A DNA stretch of 64,000 nucleotides from Candidatus Daviesbacteria bacterium (lineage in GTDB: Bacteria; Patescibacteriota; Microgenomatia; Daviesbacterales; UBA10151). The stretch lies in NCBI GenBank assembly GCA_028712705.1, contig JAQTPP010000001.1:81521-145520 (forward strand). The letters run 5' to 3'. Positions 1-9,466 of the stretch are shown here, in pieces. Both the position numbers and the translations under genes were made by a program. Position 1 is the first letter of the stretch. Every line of letters begins with the position of its first letter. A model generated the notes under the pieces. It did no database searches and was not told where the DNA came from. It worked only from the letters and a program-made list of their open reading frames with translations.

Positions 1-961
1 CGATATCATGTAAAAGCGCAGCAAACCTGACTAATGGGTCTTTCGGGGCGGTATATTTTAGCGTGAGGAGAGAATGTTCGCCTATATCGTAAACTCTGTC
101 GTGTTTTGGTCCTTTTTGGACAATGCCAAAACATTCTTCCAGTTCCGGTAAGATAATTTGTAATATTCCCGCACTCTTAAGTTTGACTATGCCGGCATAA
201 GGATTACTGGATGAAAGAATTTTAAATAGCTCATCCCGGATTCGTTCAAAGGCAATTTTTTTAATCAGATGTGCATTTGTTTCGATTGCCTGAAGAGTTT
301 TTGGGTCAATTTCAAATTCCAGCTCTGTGGCAATTCTGATGGCTCTGATTAGACGAAGGGCATCTTCCTGGAAGCGTTTGTTAGGGTCACCAACAGCCCG
401 GATTAATTTATTCTTGAGATCTTGTTGTCCGTTAAAAGGGTCAACCAATATTAGATTGTCATTGCGAACGACTAGCGAAGCAATCTTCAACGGATTGTGA
501 AGATTCCCACGGTCGCTTCGCTCCCTCGGAATGACAAGGGTGGTGTCCAATGCCATTGCATTGATAGTAAAATCTCTTCTTGCCAGGTCTTCTTCAATTT
601 TTTTTGTCCATGAAACCTCTACCGGATGACGGTGGTCTTTATAAATTCCCTCTTTGCGCATAGTCGTAATCTCGAAAATTCCACCTCCGAGGTGTAATCG
701 CATTTCTTCACCTCGGAGGTGTTTTGTGTCTTTTGACGGAATTCCTACTGTACCGAATTTGTTGTCATAGAATCCATCAGGGAAGAGTTTTAAAATTTCT
801 TCGGGTTTTGCATCTGTAGCAAAGTCCCAATCAGAAATCAGCCGGCTGGCGGATTCCATCAAAAGATCTCTAACTACCCCTCCCACAATATAAATTTGGA
901 AATTAGATTGCTGCAATTTATTTAAGATATTTTTTACCTCAGTTGGTAGTGTATAATTCAT
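1..961 (-). CDS. cca: CCA-adding tRNA nucleotidyltransferase (partial, C-terminus runs off the window start)
   Basis: Reverse-strand translation from the ATG at 961 gives MNYTLPTEVKNILNKLQQSNFQIYIVGGVVRDLLM..., the GGxVRD polymerase-beta head motif of class II CCA enzymes. The ORF continues to position 1 with no stop. Confidence 0.8.
   Translation of the reverse strand, partial: MNYTLPTEVKNILNKLQQSNFQIYIVGGVVRDLLMESASRLISDWDFATDAKPEEILKLFPDGFYDNKFGTVGIPSKDTKHLRGEEMRLHLGGGIFEITTMRKEGIYKDHRHPVEVSWTKKIEEDLARRDFTINAMALDTTLVIPRERSDRGNLHNPLKIASLVVRNDNLILVDPFNGQQDLKNKLIRAVGDPNKRFQEDALRLIRAIRIATELEFEIDPKTLQAIETNAHLIKKIAFERIRDELFKILSSSNPYAGIVKLKSAGILQIILPELEECFGIVQKGPKHDRVYDIGEHSLLTLKYTAPKDPLVRFAALLHDI
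682..721. repeat. Pair of inverted 13-nt palindromes CACCTCCGAGGTG / CACCTCGGAGGTG in-frame within cca (encodes HLRGEEMRLHLGGG)
   Basis: Seen directly. Same core as the elements at 977, 4465, 27498 and 30305. Confidence 0.7.
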
Positions 962-976
962 GATGTTATTGTACTA

Positions 977-989
977 CACCTCCGAGGTG
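977..989. repeat. Single CACCTCCGAGGTG palindrome between cca and recJ; its GAGGTG half sits at Shine-Dalgarno distance from the recJ ATG
   Basis: Seen directly, 8 nt upstream of the recJ start at 997. Confidence 0.6.
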
Positions 990-996
990 AAACAGC

Positions 997-2718
997 ATGA
1001 AGTGGAAAATAGCCCCCAGGAAATCTGATAATTTAGTCGAGCAACTTTTAATCAACCGTGGTATTAAAACCGAAAAAGAAAAAGAGCAATTTTTCCATCC
1101 TAAAATTTCCGACTTTGCTAGTGATTTACAAATTCCCGGTATCAAAAGGGCCAATAAAAGAATTTTACAAGCAATCGAAAGAGGTGAGTTAATAATAGTT
1201 TATGGTGATTATGATGCGGATGGAATATGCGCCGCGGCTGTTTTATACAAAGGCTTAACTTCAATCGGAGCAAAAGTGCTGCCTTACATTCCACACAGAG
1301 AAAAAGAAGGGTATGGGATATCAAATATAGGACTTCAGTCTGTAAAGAATTCCGGTGCTGCAGTAGTGGTGACGGTTGATAATGGAATTGCGGCAGCGGA
1401 TCAGGCAATATTCGCCAAGAGCTTAGGTTTAGATTTAATAATTACGGACCACCATATGCCCGCCGAGCGGAAAAATAAACTTTTATGGCCGGATGCATAT
1501 GCAATAATTCATTCAACTAAGATGTGTGGAGCGGCAGTTGCCTGGTGTTTAATTAGGGACTTGATTAAAAAAGAATTGAGCAATGAGCTTTTGCAGTTTG
1601 TGGCAATTGCCACAATTTGTGATCTTTTGCCGCTTTTAGGTTTAGGCAGGGCGTTTGTGTCAGAAGGACTGAAGGTTTTGAATAAGGACCTGCTTCGCTC
1701 GCGCTCTGAAGATAGTATAGCGCTCGCTCGCAGAACCTTGCCTTCGCCTAGCGGCGAACGTAAAACAACAAACCTAGGATTACAGATTCTTATTGAGGAA
1801 AGTGGAATTAAAGGACCTATTGGATCATATGAAATAGGTTATATAATCGGTCCACGGTTAAATGCTATGGGCAGGTTAGAACATGCCATTGATTCGCTGC
1901 GGTTACTTTGTACAAAAGATCCGGTTAAAGCAAAAAGATTGGCAAAACTTTTAGCTGATACAAATGTCACTCGTCAAAAAATGACCATGGAAGCGCTGGA
2001 GCAGGCAAAATTATTGATTGATAAACAAAAAAAGATTCATGTTATCTTTAGCAAAGATTGGTCTGCCGGAATTATTGGTTTAGTAGCCGGCAGGATTTGC
2101 GAGGAATACTCGCGTCCGGTAATTGCCATATCTGTTGGTGAGGAGATTTCTAAAGGTTCTGCCCGGTCTATTGACGGGATAAATATTATTGAGCTGATCA
2201 GGAAACATTCCGACATTTTAATTGATGCGGGAGGACATCCGGGCGCAGCCGGTTTTTCTCTTTTAAGCAAACATATTGAAGTTTTTAAAAAAAGGCTAGA
2301 GGAGATTATACTAGTACTTCCGGAGGAGAAAAAAGTTTTGGAAATTGATGCTGAAGTTATTGGTAAACAGTTAAATAAAACTTTAATTCATGAGTTACAA
2401 AGATTCGAGCCTTTTGGACTGGGCAACAGAAGGCCTGTTCTTGTAACCAAAAATGTGCAGATTTCTGATATTAGGACAGTAGGGGACGGGAAACATTTAA
2501 AATTTAAGGTCTCTCCCTCTGTCATCCTGAGCGGAGCGCAGCGAAGCGAAGGATCTAATGCGATTGATGCTATTGCCTTTGGAATGGGAGATTGGGTAAA
2601 TCTCTTAAAATCCGGCCAGGTACTAAACTTGGTATATAATTTAGAGTTGGATACTTATAATGGTAATGATAAAGTGCAATTAAAAGTTAAAGATATAGGT
2701 GTTAATCCTTCGGCGTAA
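997..2718 (+). CDS. recJ: Single-stranded-DNA-specific exonuclease RecJ
   Basis: 573 aa with DHH family motifs (IIVYGDYDADGICAAAV, ITDHHMP) and a DHHA1-like C-terminal region. Confidence 0.85.
   Translation: MKWKIAPRKSDNLVEQLLINRGIKTEKEKEQFFHPKISDFASDLQIPGIKRANKRILQAIERGELIIVYGDYDADGICAAAVLYKGLTSIGAKVLPYIPHREKEGYGISNIGLQSVKNSGAAVVVTVDNGIAAADQAIFAKSLGLDLIITDHHMPAERKNKLLWPDAYAIIHSTKMCGAAVAWCLIRDLIKKELSNELLQFVAIATICDLLPLLGLGRAFVSEGLKVLNKDLLRSRSEDSIALARRTLPSPSGERKTTNLGLQILIEESGIKGPIGSYEIGYIIGPRLNAMGRLEHAIDSLRLLCTKDPVKAKRLAKLLADTNVTRQKMTMEALEQAKLLIDKQKKIHVIFSKDWSAGIIGLVAGRICEEYSRPVIAISVGEEISKGSARSIDGINIIELIRKHSDILIDAGGHPGAAGFSLLSKHIEVFKKRLEEIILVLPEEKKVLEIDAEVIGKQLNKTLIHELQRFEPFGLGNRRPVLVTKNVQISDIRTVGDGKHLKFKVSPSVILSGAQRSEGSNAIDAIAFGMGDWVNLLKSGQVLNLVYNLELDTYNGNDKVQLKVKDIGVNPSA
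2521..2558. repeat. GTCATYCTGAG-family element (left half) inserted in-frame in recJ (encodes VILSGAQRSEGSN)
   Basis: gtcatcctgagcggagcgcagcgaagcgaaggatctaa shares the gtcattctgag ... cgaagaatctaa architecture with the elements at 15846, 25871 and 38006. Confidence 0.6.
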
Positions 2719-2943
2719 TTATGTTGTTATAACCCACGCTCTGCCTATCCAGAATTCTGGGTCTTTAGTTCTATCAAAACCTATTATCCTAAAAATTTTA
2801 TCTGCAGGATCTCTAAATCGTCCATTACCAATATAAATTCCTTCTGGTGAAACTGGTACGCTAACAGTTTTAAACTTTTCGCCTGGTTTAAGAGTTATGG
2901 CTGTTGGATTATTAAATAATTCTACTGCTTCAATATTGGGCAT
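2719..2943 (-). CDS. Hypothetical small protein (74 aa)
   Basis: ORF with a hairpin-GGAGGTTTCTTTATGGAAAAAAT-ATG leader that closely resembles the pheA leader. No recognisable domain. Confidence 0.4.
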   Translation of the reverse strand: MPNIEAVELFNNPTAITLKPGEKFKTVSVPVSPEGIYIGNGRFRDPADKIFRIIGFDRTKDPEFWIGRAWVITT

Positions 2944-2957
2944 ATTTTTTCCATAAA

Positions 2958-2992
2958 GAAACCTCCCGTTCGGGAGGTTTAATTTCTTTTTT
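2958..2992 (+). terminator. Intrinsic terminator-like hairpin (aaacctcccg ttcg ggaggttt) plus T-run downstream of recJ; it also forms part of the leader of the minus-strand small ORF
   Basis: Perfect 9-bp stem with a 4-nt loop followed by tttctttttt. Confidence 0.5.
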
Positions 2993-3010
2993 AGATTTTA
3001 ATTAAAACCT

Positions 3011-3059
3011 AAAAAGACCTCCCAAAGAGCGCTCCGGCAAGGAGCACCAAAAGGAGGCC
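3011..3059 (-). terminator. Intrinsic terminator for pheA (GGCCTCC...GGAGGTC hairpin followed by TTTTT on the minus strand)
   Basis: Inverted repeat gacctcc/ggaggcc with an A-run on the plus strand at 3011-3015, immediately 3' of pheA. Confidence 0.45.
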
Positions 3060-3165
3060 TAATAAGACTTCAATTCTTTTTAAATTTAAACTCAAACTTT
3101 TCGACATGATGATTATTATGCTAATAGCAGTCTCGTGATTTGTCAATAAGTGAGTAAACTACTTT

Positions 3166-4098
3166 TCATTGACCATTGATTGTGCCCGGATCTCTAGCAC
3201 CTGCTGGCAACTCGGCTTTTCTGTATGAACCCAGTATTCTAAGTGAGGAACAGTAAGTAGTTTCTAGATCATTTATACCTTGTTTGACCGTATCATTTTC
3301 AATATGCCCATCTATTGTAACCCAGAAAGCGTATTGTCTCATGATTCCGGTAGGTCGTGAATCTATTTTCGTTAAATTTATGTCGTAAGAAGCTAAAACC
3401 GTAAGGCATCTTGCTAACATTCCCGGACGATTGCTTTCGGGAACGACGAAGACGAGAGCAGTACTATCTTGACCGGTAGGTTTAGTCTCGCCTCTTCCCA
3501 GCATTAAGAAACGAGTAGAATTGCCTTTCACGTCGCCTATATCTTCTGCAAGGATAGGTACATTGTATATTTGCGCAGCTCTTCTGCCAGCTATTGCTGC
3601 AATTTGTTTATTGTTTCTTGCAAGTTCAACTGCTGCCGTAGTGCTGGAGGACGGCTCTTGTTTTGCTTGGGGATAATTATTTAAAAGATAAGTCCTGCAT
3701 TGAGCTAAAGCTTGAGGATGGGAATGAATTTCGCTTATTTCAAATCCTGGCCATCCTATTAGCATATGCTGAATACCTAATATTGTTTCCCCAAGTATAG
3801 TGATACGTCTTGTATGGTTTAGTTCTCTTAAAACCTCTACGACATCTCCTTCGATTGCATTCTCCACCGGAACGACCCCAATGTCATAACCGCCTGCTTC
3901 TACAGCTTGTACTACTGTTGCATTGTAAGGCAAAAAATCTGCATCCATTCCAGCTAAATATCTGCTCAATAATTCATATCTGGCTGCTTCCGTGTATGTT
4001 CCTTCAGGGCCTAAACAAGCTACTCTAGGTTTGGTTCTGCCTTGAGTAAGCTCGATCTTTACCGGATAATTATTTATTAATAATTCGATCTTATTCAT
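3166..4098 (-). CDS. pheA: Prephenate dehydratase (PDT domain plus C-terminal ACT domain)
   Basis: 310 aa. The N-terminal PDT domain and the C-terminal ACT regulatory domain (ALVFVVPESNRPGMLARCLTVLASYDINLTKIDSRP) are recognisable. Confidence 0.8.
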   Translation of the reverse strand: MNKIELLINNYPVKIELTQGRTKPRVACLGPEGTYTEAARYELLSRYLAGMDADFLPYNATVVQAVEAGGYDIGVVPVENAIEGDVVEVLRELNHTRRITILGETILGIQHMLIGWPGFEISEIHSHPQALAQCRTYLLNNYPQAKQEPSSSTTAAVELARNNKQIAAIAGRRAAQIYNVPILAEDIGDVKGNSTRFLMLGRGETKPTGQDSTALVFVVPESNRPGMLARCLTVLASYDINLTKIDSRPTGIMRQYAFWVTIDGHIENDTVKQGINDLETTYCSSLRILGSYRKAELPAGARDPGTINGQ

Positions 4099-4301
4099 AT
4101 ATTTTTTCCACTAAAAAACCTCCGCTTTTTAAACTGCGAAGGTTAGTAACTAAAGTTGATTTTTCTTAAGCAAAACCAACCTCCGCTTAAGCGAAGGTAA
4201 AGAAGAACAAATTAATTCTTCCTACTGGTTTTTGCATGAGCTTAATTTAACAAATATTTTTGATCTTGTCAACATGTACTTCCTGCTGTTATGATGCATT
4301 C

Positions 4302-5687
4302 ATGCAGAGTCGCACTTTAATTTTAGACTGTATTAGTAAAATAGAAGATGAAGTTAAAATTTGTGGTTGGGTGCAGGTAGTAAGAGATCACGGGAAGATT
4401 CTATTTTTAGATGTTTTGGATAGATCTGGAATCATTCAGGTTGTAGTATCTCCAGACAGTGTCCACCTCGAAGGAGTCAAAGCCCACCTTCGAGGTGAAG
4501 AGTTGCAGGTGCAACGCTACCTGGAAGGTGGATTGCATGCAATACATCCGCAAGATGTAGTTTGTATAACGGGAAAAGTAAATAAACGTCCGGAAAACCT
4601 TATAAACAAAAATATCCCAACAGGCGAGATTGAAATCTCAGCAAAAGAAATTGAAGTTTTATCTAAAGCGCGGGAGTTGCCTTTTGACATGGGCGGTAAA
4701 GATTTGGATTTGCAGCTTCCGACTTTGCTTGATTTTCGCTCCCTTACTTTACGCCACCCAAAAGTCAAAGCCATTTTTAAAGTTCAAGAAAGTTTATTAG
4801 AGGGATTTAGAAAAGCTGCCAAAGATTTGGGATGTACTGAAATTGTAGTGCCGACGATTGTGGCCGGAGCAACAGAAGGCGGTGCGGAAGTTTTTAGAAT
4901 AGACTATTTTGAACACAAAGCCTACCTTTCTCAAAGCCCCCAACTTTACAAACAAATGCTGGTTCCGGTATACGAGCGAGTTTTTGCCATAGCCAAGGCT
5001 TACCGGGCTGAGCCATCAGTGACGACCAGGCATTTGACTGAAAGCACTCAAATGGATGTTGAGATTGGTTTTGTGGAATTTGAAGAGTTACTGGATATTT
5101 TGGAGAGTGTAGCGATTAAGATGTTAAAAATTGCTGAAGAAGAATGTAAAGAGATTTTATCCGAATTTGGAGTGGAGAAAATTGCTTTCGGCAAAATTCC
5201 CAGGCTTACTTTAAGGGAAGCGCAAGATGTAATCTTAAAAGAATTTGGGCGCGATAACAGGAAGGAAAAGGATTTAACTCCGCAAGACGAAGTTGACTTA
5301 TGCAAATGGGCAAAGAAAAGTCACGGTAGTGATTTTGTGACGGTGACACATTTTCCTACTGCTGCCAAACCATTTTACACAATGCCGGATCCGAAAGATC
5401 CGGAATATTCTTTAAGTTATGATCTACTATTTAGGGGGGTAGAAATTATGAGCGGCAGTCAGAGGATTAATGATTATCAACAGTTGGTTGATTCAATCAA
5501 ATCAAGAGGTATGGATCCAAAATCTTTTGAGATGTATTTGCAGGCTTTTAAATTTGGTATGCCTCCGGAAGGTGGATTCTCCTTTGGGTTGGAAAGAATT
5601 ACCATGCATGTTTTGAATTTAGCTAATGTTAGAGAAGCCAGTCTTTTCCCAAGAGATATGGAAAGAGTAGACACCAGGTTGAGATGA
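4302..5687 (+). CDS. aspS: Aspartate--tRNA ligase, archaeal/AspRS2-like class IIb (AsnRS not excluded). The ORF track starts at 4260; the start at 4302 fits an OB-fold N-terminus better.
   Basis: Class II motifs FRIDYFEHKAYLSQSPQLYKQ and GGFSFGLERITM. The C-terminal LFPRDMERV resembles archaeal-type AspRS. Length is about 460 aa with no GAD insertion. Confidence 0.7.
   Translation: MQSRTLILDCISKIEDEVKICGWVQVVRDHGKILFLDVLDRSGIIQVVVSPDSVHLEGVKAHLRGEELQVQRYLEGGLHAIHPQDVVCITGKVNKRPENLINKNIPTGEIEISAKEIEVLSKARELPFDMGGKDLDLQLPTLLDFRSLTLRHPKVKAIFKVQESLLEGFRKAAKDLGCTEIVVPTIVAGATEGGAEVFRIDYFEHKAYLSQSPQLYKQMLVPVYERVFAIAKAYRAEPSVTTRHLTESTQMDVEIGFVEFEELLDILESVAIKMLKIAEEECKEILSEFGVEKIAFGKIPRLTLREAQDVILKEFGRDNRKEKDLTPQDEVDLCKWAKKSHGSDFVTVTHFPTAAKPFYTMPDPKDPEYSLSYDLLFRGVEIMSGSQRINDYQQLVDSIKSRGMDPKSFEMYLQAFKFGMPPEGGFSFGLERITMHVLNLANVREASLFPRDMERVDTRLR
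4465..4497. repeat. 33-nt hairpin element CACCTCGAAGG-AGTCAAAGCCCA-CCTTCGAGGTG inserted in-frame in aspS (encodes VHLEGVKAHLRGE)
   Basis: Perfect 11-bp inverted repeat with a 12-nt loop. A near-identical copy lies at 30305-30338 and a diverged reverse-orientation copy at 27498-27530. Confidence 0.75.
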
Positions 5688-6616
5688 AATACTATTTATA
5701 TTCCGCCGGTTTGATTATTCTGGCAATAATTATCACAACAGCAATCCCATTCGTGGTAGAGCTTAGTGAAAATGAATTAATCAGTTTGGCTATCCCTTTG
5801 AATAATTCAAGCGTTGCCGGTATTCAGAAATATAATATTCCACCGGTTGTTGGCAGTTTACCGGTTCCAATCGTTTCTGCCCGCGCAGTTTTTATTGAGG
5901 ATTTGGCGACCGATACAATTCTTTACCAGAAAGATGCTAATACTCCGTTTCCAATTGCATCTACTACGAAGATTATGACAGCTCTTGTCGGAGTAGAATA
6001 TTTTAAACAAAATTCCATACTAACCATTGGAAGCAGCGCAAATATCCCCGGTTCCCGGGTAGGTTTAGTTTCCGGAGAAAATCTTAGCTTTAGATCGCTG
6101 CTTTACGGTATGCTGTTAAATTCCGGTAATGATGCTGCTTTTGCTTTGGCAGAAAATTATCCGGGTGGAGTTTTGAGTTTTATATCGGCAATGAATAAAA
6201 AAGTTTTAGAGCTAAATTTGCGCAATACTCATTTCGACAACCCTGCAGGCTTTGATAGCCCAAATCATTACTCTTCCGCAGCAGATCTTGCTAAAATTAC
6301 AAAAGAAGCCTTAAAAAATTCCCAACTGGCAAGAATTTTTGCGACTAAAGAAACGAATATAGTTTCTTTAGATAAAAAATATTCCCATCAGTTATTTAAT
6401 CTTAATAAATTACTAACCCAGATTAATGGGGTTTTAGGAATAAAAACCGGTACTACTGATCAAGCTAAAGAGAACTTAGTGACGTTGATTGAAAGGGACT
6501 GGCATCGGGTTTTGATAATAATTCTCGGAAGCAATGACCGGTTTGGCGAAACTACGAGATTAATAGACTGGACTTATACGAATATTATTTGGCCGGAGAC
6601 TGAAACTCTTCGCTGA
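5684..6616 (+). CDS. D-alanyl-D-alanine carboxypeptidase (S11 family, PBP5/6-like), N-terminal TM anchor
   Basis: SxxK motif (ASTTKIMT), SxN motif (LLNSGNDAA) and KTG motif (IKTGTT). ATGA start/stop overlap with aspS. Confidence 0.8.
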   Translation: MKYYLYSAGLIILAIIITTAIPFVVELSENELISLAIPLNNSSVAGIQKYNIPPVVGSLPVPIVSARAVFIEDLATDTILYQKDANTPFPIASTTKIMTALVGVEYFKQNSILTIGSSANIPGSRVGLVSGENLSFRSLLYGMLLNSGNDAAFALAENYPGGVLSFISAMNKKVLELNLRNTHFDNPAGFDSPNHYSSAADLAKITKEALKNSQLARIFATKETNIVSLDKKYSHQLFNLNKLLTQINGVLGIKTGTTDQAKENLVTLIERDWHRVLIIILGSNDRFGETTRLIDWTYTNIIWPETETLR

Positions 6617-7664
6617 TTGCACTGACAAAAGCAACAAAATTTGGACCTTCAAAAATAAATATTGGCTGTAAATATGGGTTATACTCATCCGACAGGAAGT
6701 AACCAAGATATATAGAGGTTATAGAAACTTGCGGACTTTTCGGTTCAGAGATTACTATGCCTTTCCCGCTTTTTAGATCTTCAAATGCAACTTCAGCTCC
6801 CTTAATCGGGTATGTTGCAAAGGTTGAGGTATCAATGGGGTAGTAGATGAAATCTAAAGATAAATAATAATCTAGCTTGCCGGCGCTGCCTGAAACAACT
6901 GCATTTACTAAAGATTTATCAAAATCGGCCGTAAAAATTGATTTTTTATCGACAGGAGAGGGCCAAAGTGAAATTTGGGCAGCAACAGCTTCCGATCTAA
7001 GTTGGGTAGGGATTAGCGTCTCTCCGGCATTTTTTAAAAAGGTTACTTTGGTTCTGCCGGTTTTGAGGTCGTCTTTCATCACCCCCAAAGTTGTGAGAGT
7101 TTGCTCAAAATCAGATACCAGTTTATTATCGTTATCTAAATTTGCCTTTCCTGATATTGTTGCTTCATTTCTGTATGAAAAATTGCCTGAATCTAGGTTA
7201 ACAGTTAATGTTTTATTGCGAAGCAAGGAGGTTGCTTCATTTTGATCCGTATATTTGTATTTTGTATCGCTTAAAATTTCCGGCGGCGCTACCAGGCCGA
7301 AATTTGCAGCTAAAGCCGAAGATCTGTCTGCAGAAAGGAATGTGGCAAAAGTTTGGGTGACGAAATAGACTTTAGTTATTTTTTCAAAACCGGGATCAAC
7401 TCCTATTTTAGGTAAACCTCCTGTTGTTGTATCCAGCGAATAGGAGAAATTTGATGTAGACACTTTACTTTTTGGAAAATTAATTGGTGAGAGCAGGCCA
7501 AATCTGGTATCTGGTTTTTCTTCAACAGGCGGCAGATGAGCCAAATAATATGCATGCCAGGTTCGATAACATATAAAACTGATTGTACCCAACACCAGCG
7601 CAATTATTGATATAGTTACAACTTGTCTTACGATGGCAGCAGTTTGAGTTAAAGTCATAAGCAA
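6585..7664 (-). CDS. Hypothetical membrane-anchored extracytoplasmic protein (359 aa)
   Basis: Single N-terminal TM (VVTISIIALVLGTISFICY) followed by a Ser/Thr-rich soluble region. No recognisable catalytic motif. Confidence 0.5.
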   Translation of the reverse strand: MLMTLTQTAAIVRQVVTISIIALVLGTISFICYRTWHAYYLAHLPPVEEKPDTRFGLLSPINFPKSKVSTSNFSYSLDTTTGGLPKIGVDPGFEKITKVYFVTQTFATFLSADRSSALAANFGLVAPPEILSDTKYKYTDQNEATSLLRNKTLTVNLDSGNFSYRNEATISGKANLDNDNKLVSDFEQTLTTLGVMKDDLKTGRTKVTFLKNAGETLIPTQLRSEAVAAQISLWPSPVDKKSIFTADFDKSLVNAVVSGSAGKLDYYLSLDFIYYPIDTSTFATYPIKGAEVAFEDLKSGKGIVISEPKSPQVSITSIYLGYFLSDEYNPYLQPIFIFEGPNFVAFVSAISEEFQSPAK

Positions 7665-7732
7665 AAGTTCAATACGATCGCATACTGTTATTATACAAGA
7701 ATGGAAGATATAATAATCTGTGAACTCAAATT

Positions 7733-9040
7733 ATGAAAATTAAAACTAGATTTGCGCCTTCCCCAACAGGAGCATTGCATATCGGAGGGGTTAGAACTGC
7801 GCTTTATGCATATTTGGTAGCCAAAAAAGCCGGCGGAGTTTTTTCGTTGCGGATTGAGGATACTGACAGGGCAAGGTTTGTAGAAGGTGTGACAGAAGAT
7901 ATTATTAGAACACTCAAATGGCTGGGACTCACATTTGACGGAGAGCCAATCTTTCAATCTAAAAGAGTAGATTTATATAAAGAGTATGCCAAAAAATTGA
8001 TTGACTGCGGTAAAGCTTATGAAAAAGACGGGGCAATCTGGTTTAAGGTTAACTTAAGCGGTAAAACTGCAATCACTGATTTGGTAGGAGGGAGGAAAAT
8101 TGAATTTGAAAACTCCACCCAAAAAGATTTCGTAATTTTAAAATCCGACGGTTACCCGACTTATCATCTGGCTCATGTAGTTGATGACCATTTAATGGAA
8201 ACGAACCCTGTTATCAGAGGGGCGGAGTGGATCTCTTCTATTCCCAAGCATGTTCAACTTTTCGAGGCTTTCGGTTGGGAAATACCGCCATACGCTCATT
8301 TGCCGATTATTTTAGGCGTTGACCGGTCAAAACTTTCTAAAAGACATGGAGCAAAACCAGCATCGGAGTTCCGCACAGATGGATTTTTAGCGGAAGCGAT
8401 TTTAAATTATATGGCTCTACTTGGTTGGACACCGTCTTCGGGGAAAGAAATTTTAACTCTTTCGGAAATGGTTAAAGAATTTGATCTGTCTGATGTTAAT
8501 AGCGCAAATCCTATTTTTGATATTACAAAACTTGAATGGATGAACGGGGAATACATCAGGAAATTTCAAATTTCAAATTTCAAATTTCAAATATTGGAAT
8601 ATTTAAAAGAGCTTGCTGGTGGAGTCGCGCCGGATCATCCAACAGAGAAAGAGGTAGAAAAAGTTGCACCACTTGTTAAAGACCGGATTAAAAAACTGTC
8701 TGATTTTATCCCGTTGACTGATTTTTTGTGGGAAAAACCTGAATATGATAAAGAAATTTTTGATAGATTAAAGATTAATGATTTACGATTAAAAATGGAA
8801 AAAGTAGCAGAAAAAATGGAGGAGATGGAAAAGCCATGGAAAGCCGATATATTTGAAAATACATTTAGAAGATTGGCAGATGAAATGGGGATAAAAGCAG
8901 GGGATATATTTCAACTAATAAGAGTGGCGATTTCCGGTCAAACCGTAACTCCGCCTCTTTTTGAGAGTATAGACATTATAGGCGAGGAGGAAACCTTGAA
9001 AAGAATAAAAGCAGCAATAGAATTTTTACAAACTACTTAA
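7733..9040 (+). CDS. gltX: Glutamate--tRNA ligase
   Basis: HIGH motif (PSPTGALHIGG), KMSKS motif (KLSKRHG) and the class I catalytic core. Confidence 0.85.
   Translation: MKIKTRFAPSPTGALHIGGVRTALYAYLVAKKAGGVFSLRIEDTDRARFVEGVTEDIIRTLKWLGLTFDGEPIFQSKRVDLYKEYAKKLIDCGKAYEKDGAIWFKVNLSGKTAITDLVGGRKIEFENSTQKDFVILKSDGYPTYHLAHVVDDHLMETNPVIRGAEWISSIPKHVQLFEAFGWEIPPYAHLPIILGVDRSKLSKRHGAKPASEFRTDGFLAEAILNYMALLGWTPSSGKEILTLSEMVKEFDLSDVNSANPIFDITKLEWMNGEYIRKFQISNFKFQILEYLKELAGGVAPDHPTEKEVEKVAPLVKDRIKKLSDFIPLTDFLWEKPEYDKEIFDRLKINDLRLKMEKVAEKMEEMEKPWKADIFENTFRRLADEMGIKAGDIFQLIRVAISGQTVTPPLFESIDIIGEEETLKRIKAAIEFLQTT
8561..8591 (+). repeat. Tandem heptanucleotide repeat (AAATTTC) x about 4.4 inside gltX
   Basis: aaatttcaaatttcaaatttcaaatttcaaa, translated as KFQISNFKFQI. 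Confidence 0.8.
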
Positions 9041-9059
9041 AGTTGCGCAGCTCATAGTT

Positions 9060-9449
9060 TTGTGGTATATTCCGACCATGGAAGATTCAAGATGGTTTCG
9101 GTTAATAACAATCGGGTTAATATTGGCAGCTTTAGCTGTCGGCTATTTTTTATTGAGCGGTCGGTTGACTTCAAACAGTTTTATAAAAACAAAGCCCCAA
9201 ACAACTAATGAAGTATCCGGTACAGCAAGTGCTACCCCGTCAGCATCAGTTTTAGGACAAGATGTACAGACTACTCCCACATCCAGCCCCAAGCAGACAC
9301 CATCATCGGCATACGACAGGATAGCAAACCGTAATCAAAATCAGGTTCAGACATTGCCGAAAACCGGTTTTTCGCAAGTTCTGGCCGGAATTTTTTCAGT
9401 CGGGGTTATGATCTCCGGCTGGGGTCTCCGTAAATATCCTCATTATTAG
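9060..9449 (+). CDS. Small LPXTG-type sortase-anchored surface protein (Thr/Ser/Pro-rich)
   Basis: N-terminal TM/signal, a low-complexity TSAS...TTPTSSPKQTPSS region, then LPKTG plus a hydrophobic stretch plus RKYPHY, which is the canonical sortase sorting signal. Confidence 0.6.
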   Translation: MWYIPTMEDSRWFRLITIGLILAALAVGYFLLSGRLTSNSFIKTKPQTTNEVSGTASATPSASVLGQDVQTTPTSSPKQTPSSAYDRIANRNQNQVQTLPKTGFSQVLAGIFSVGVMISGWGLRKYPHY

Positions 9450-9466
9450 TTTCTAAATTCAAAAAT

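Noticed and set aside
966-1154. 62-aa minus-strand ORF
   Set aside because: It overlaps the recJ 5' end and the cca-recJ spacer, and has no support.
4100-4260. Possible T-box riboswitch upstream of aspS
   Set aside because: Two tandem hairpins are present, but the conserved T-box sequence (AGGGUGGNACCGCG) and specifier-loop architecture are absent. The hairpins are better explained as the divergent pheA leader.
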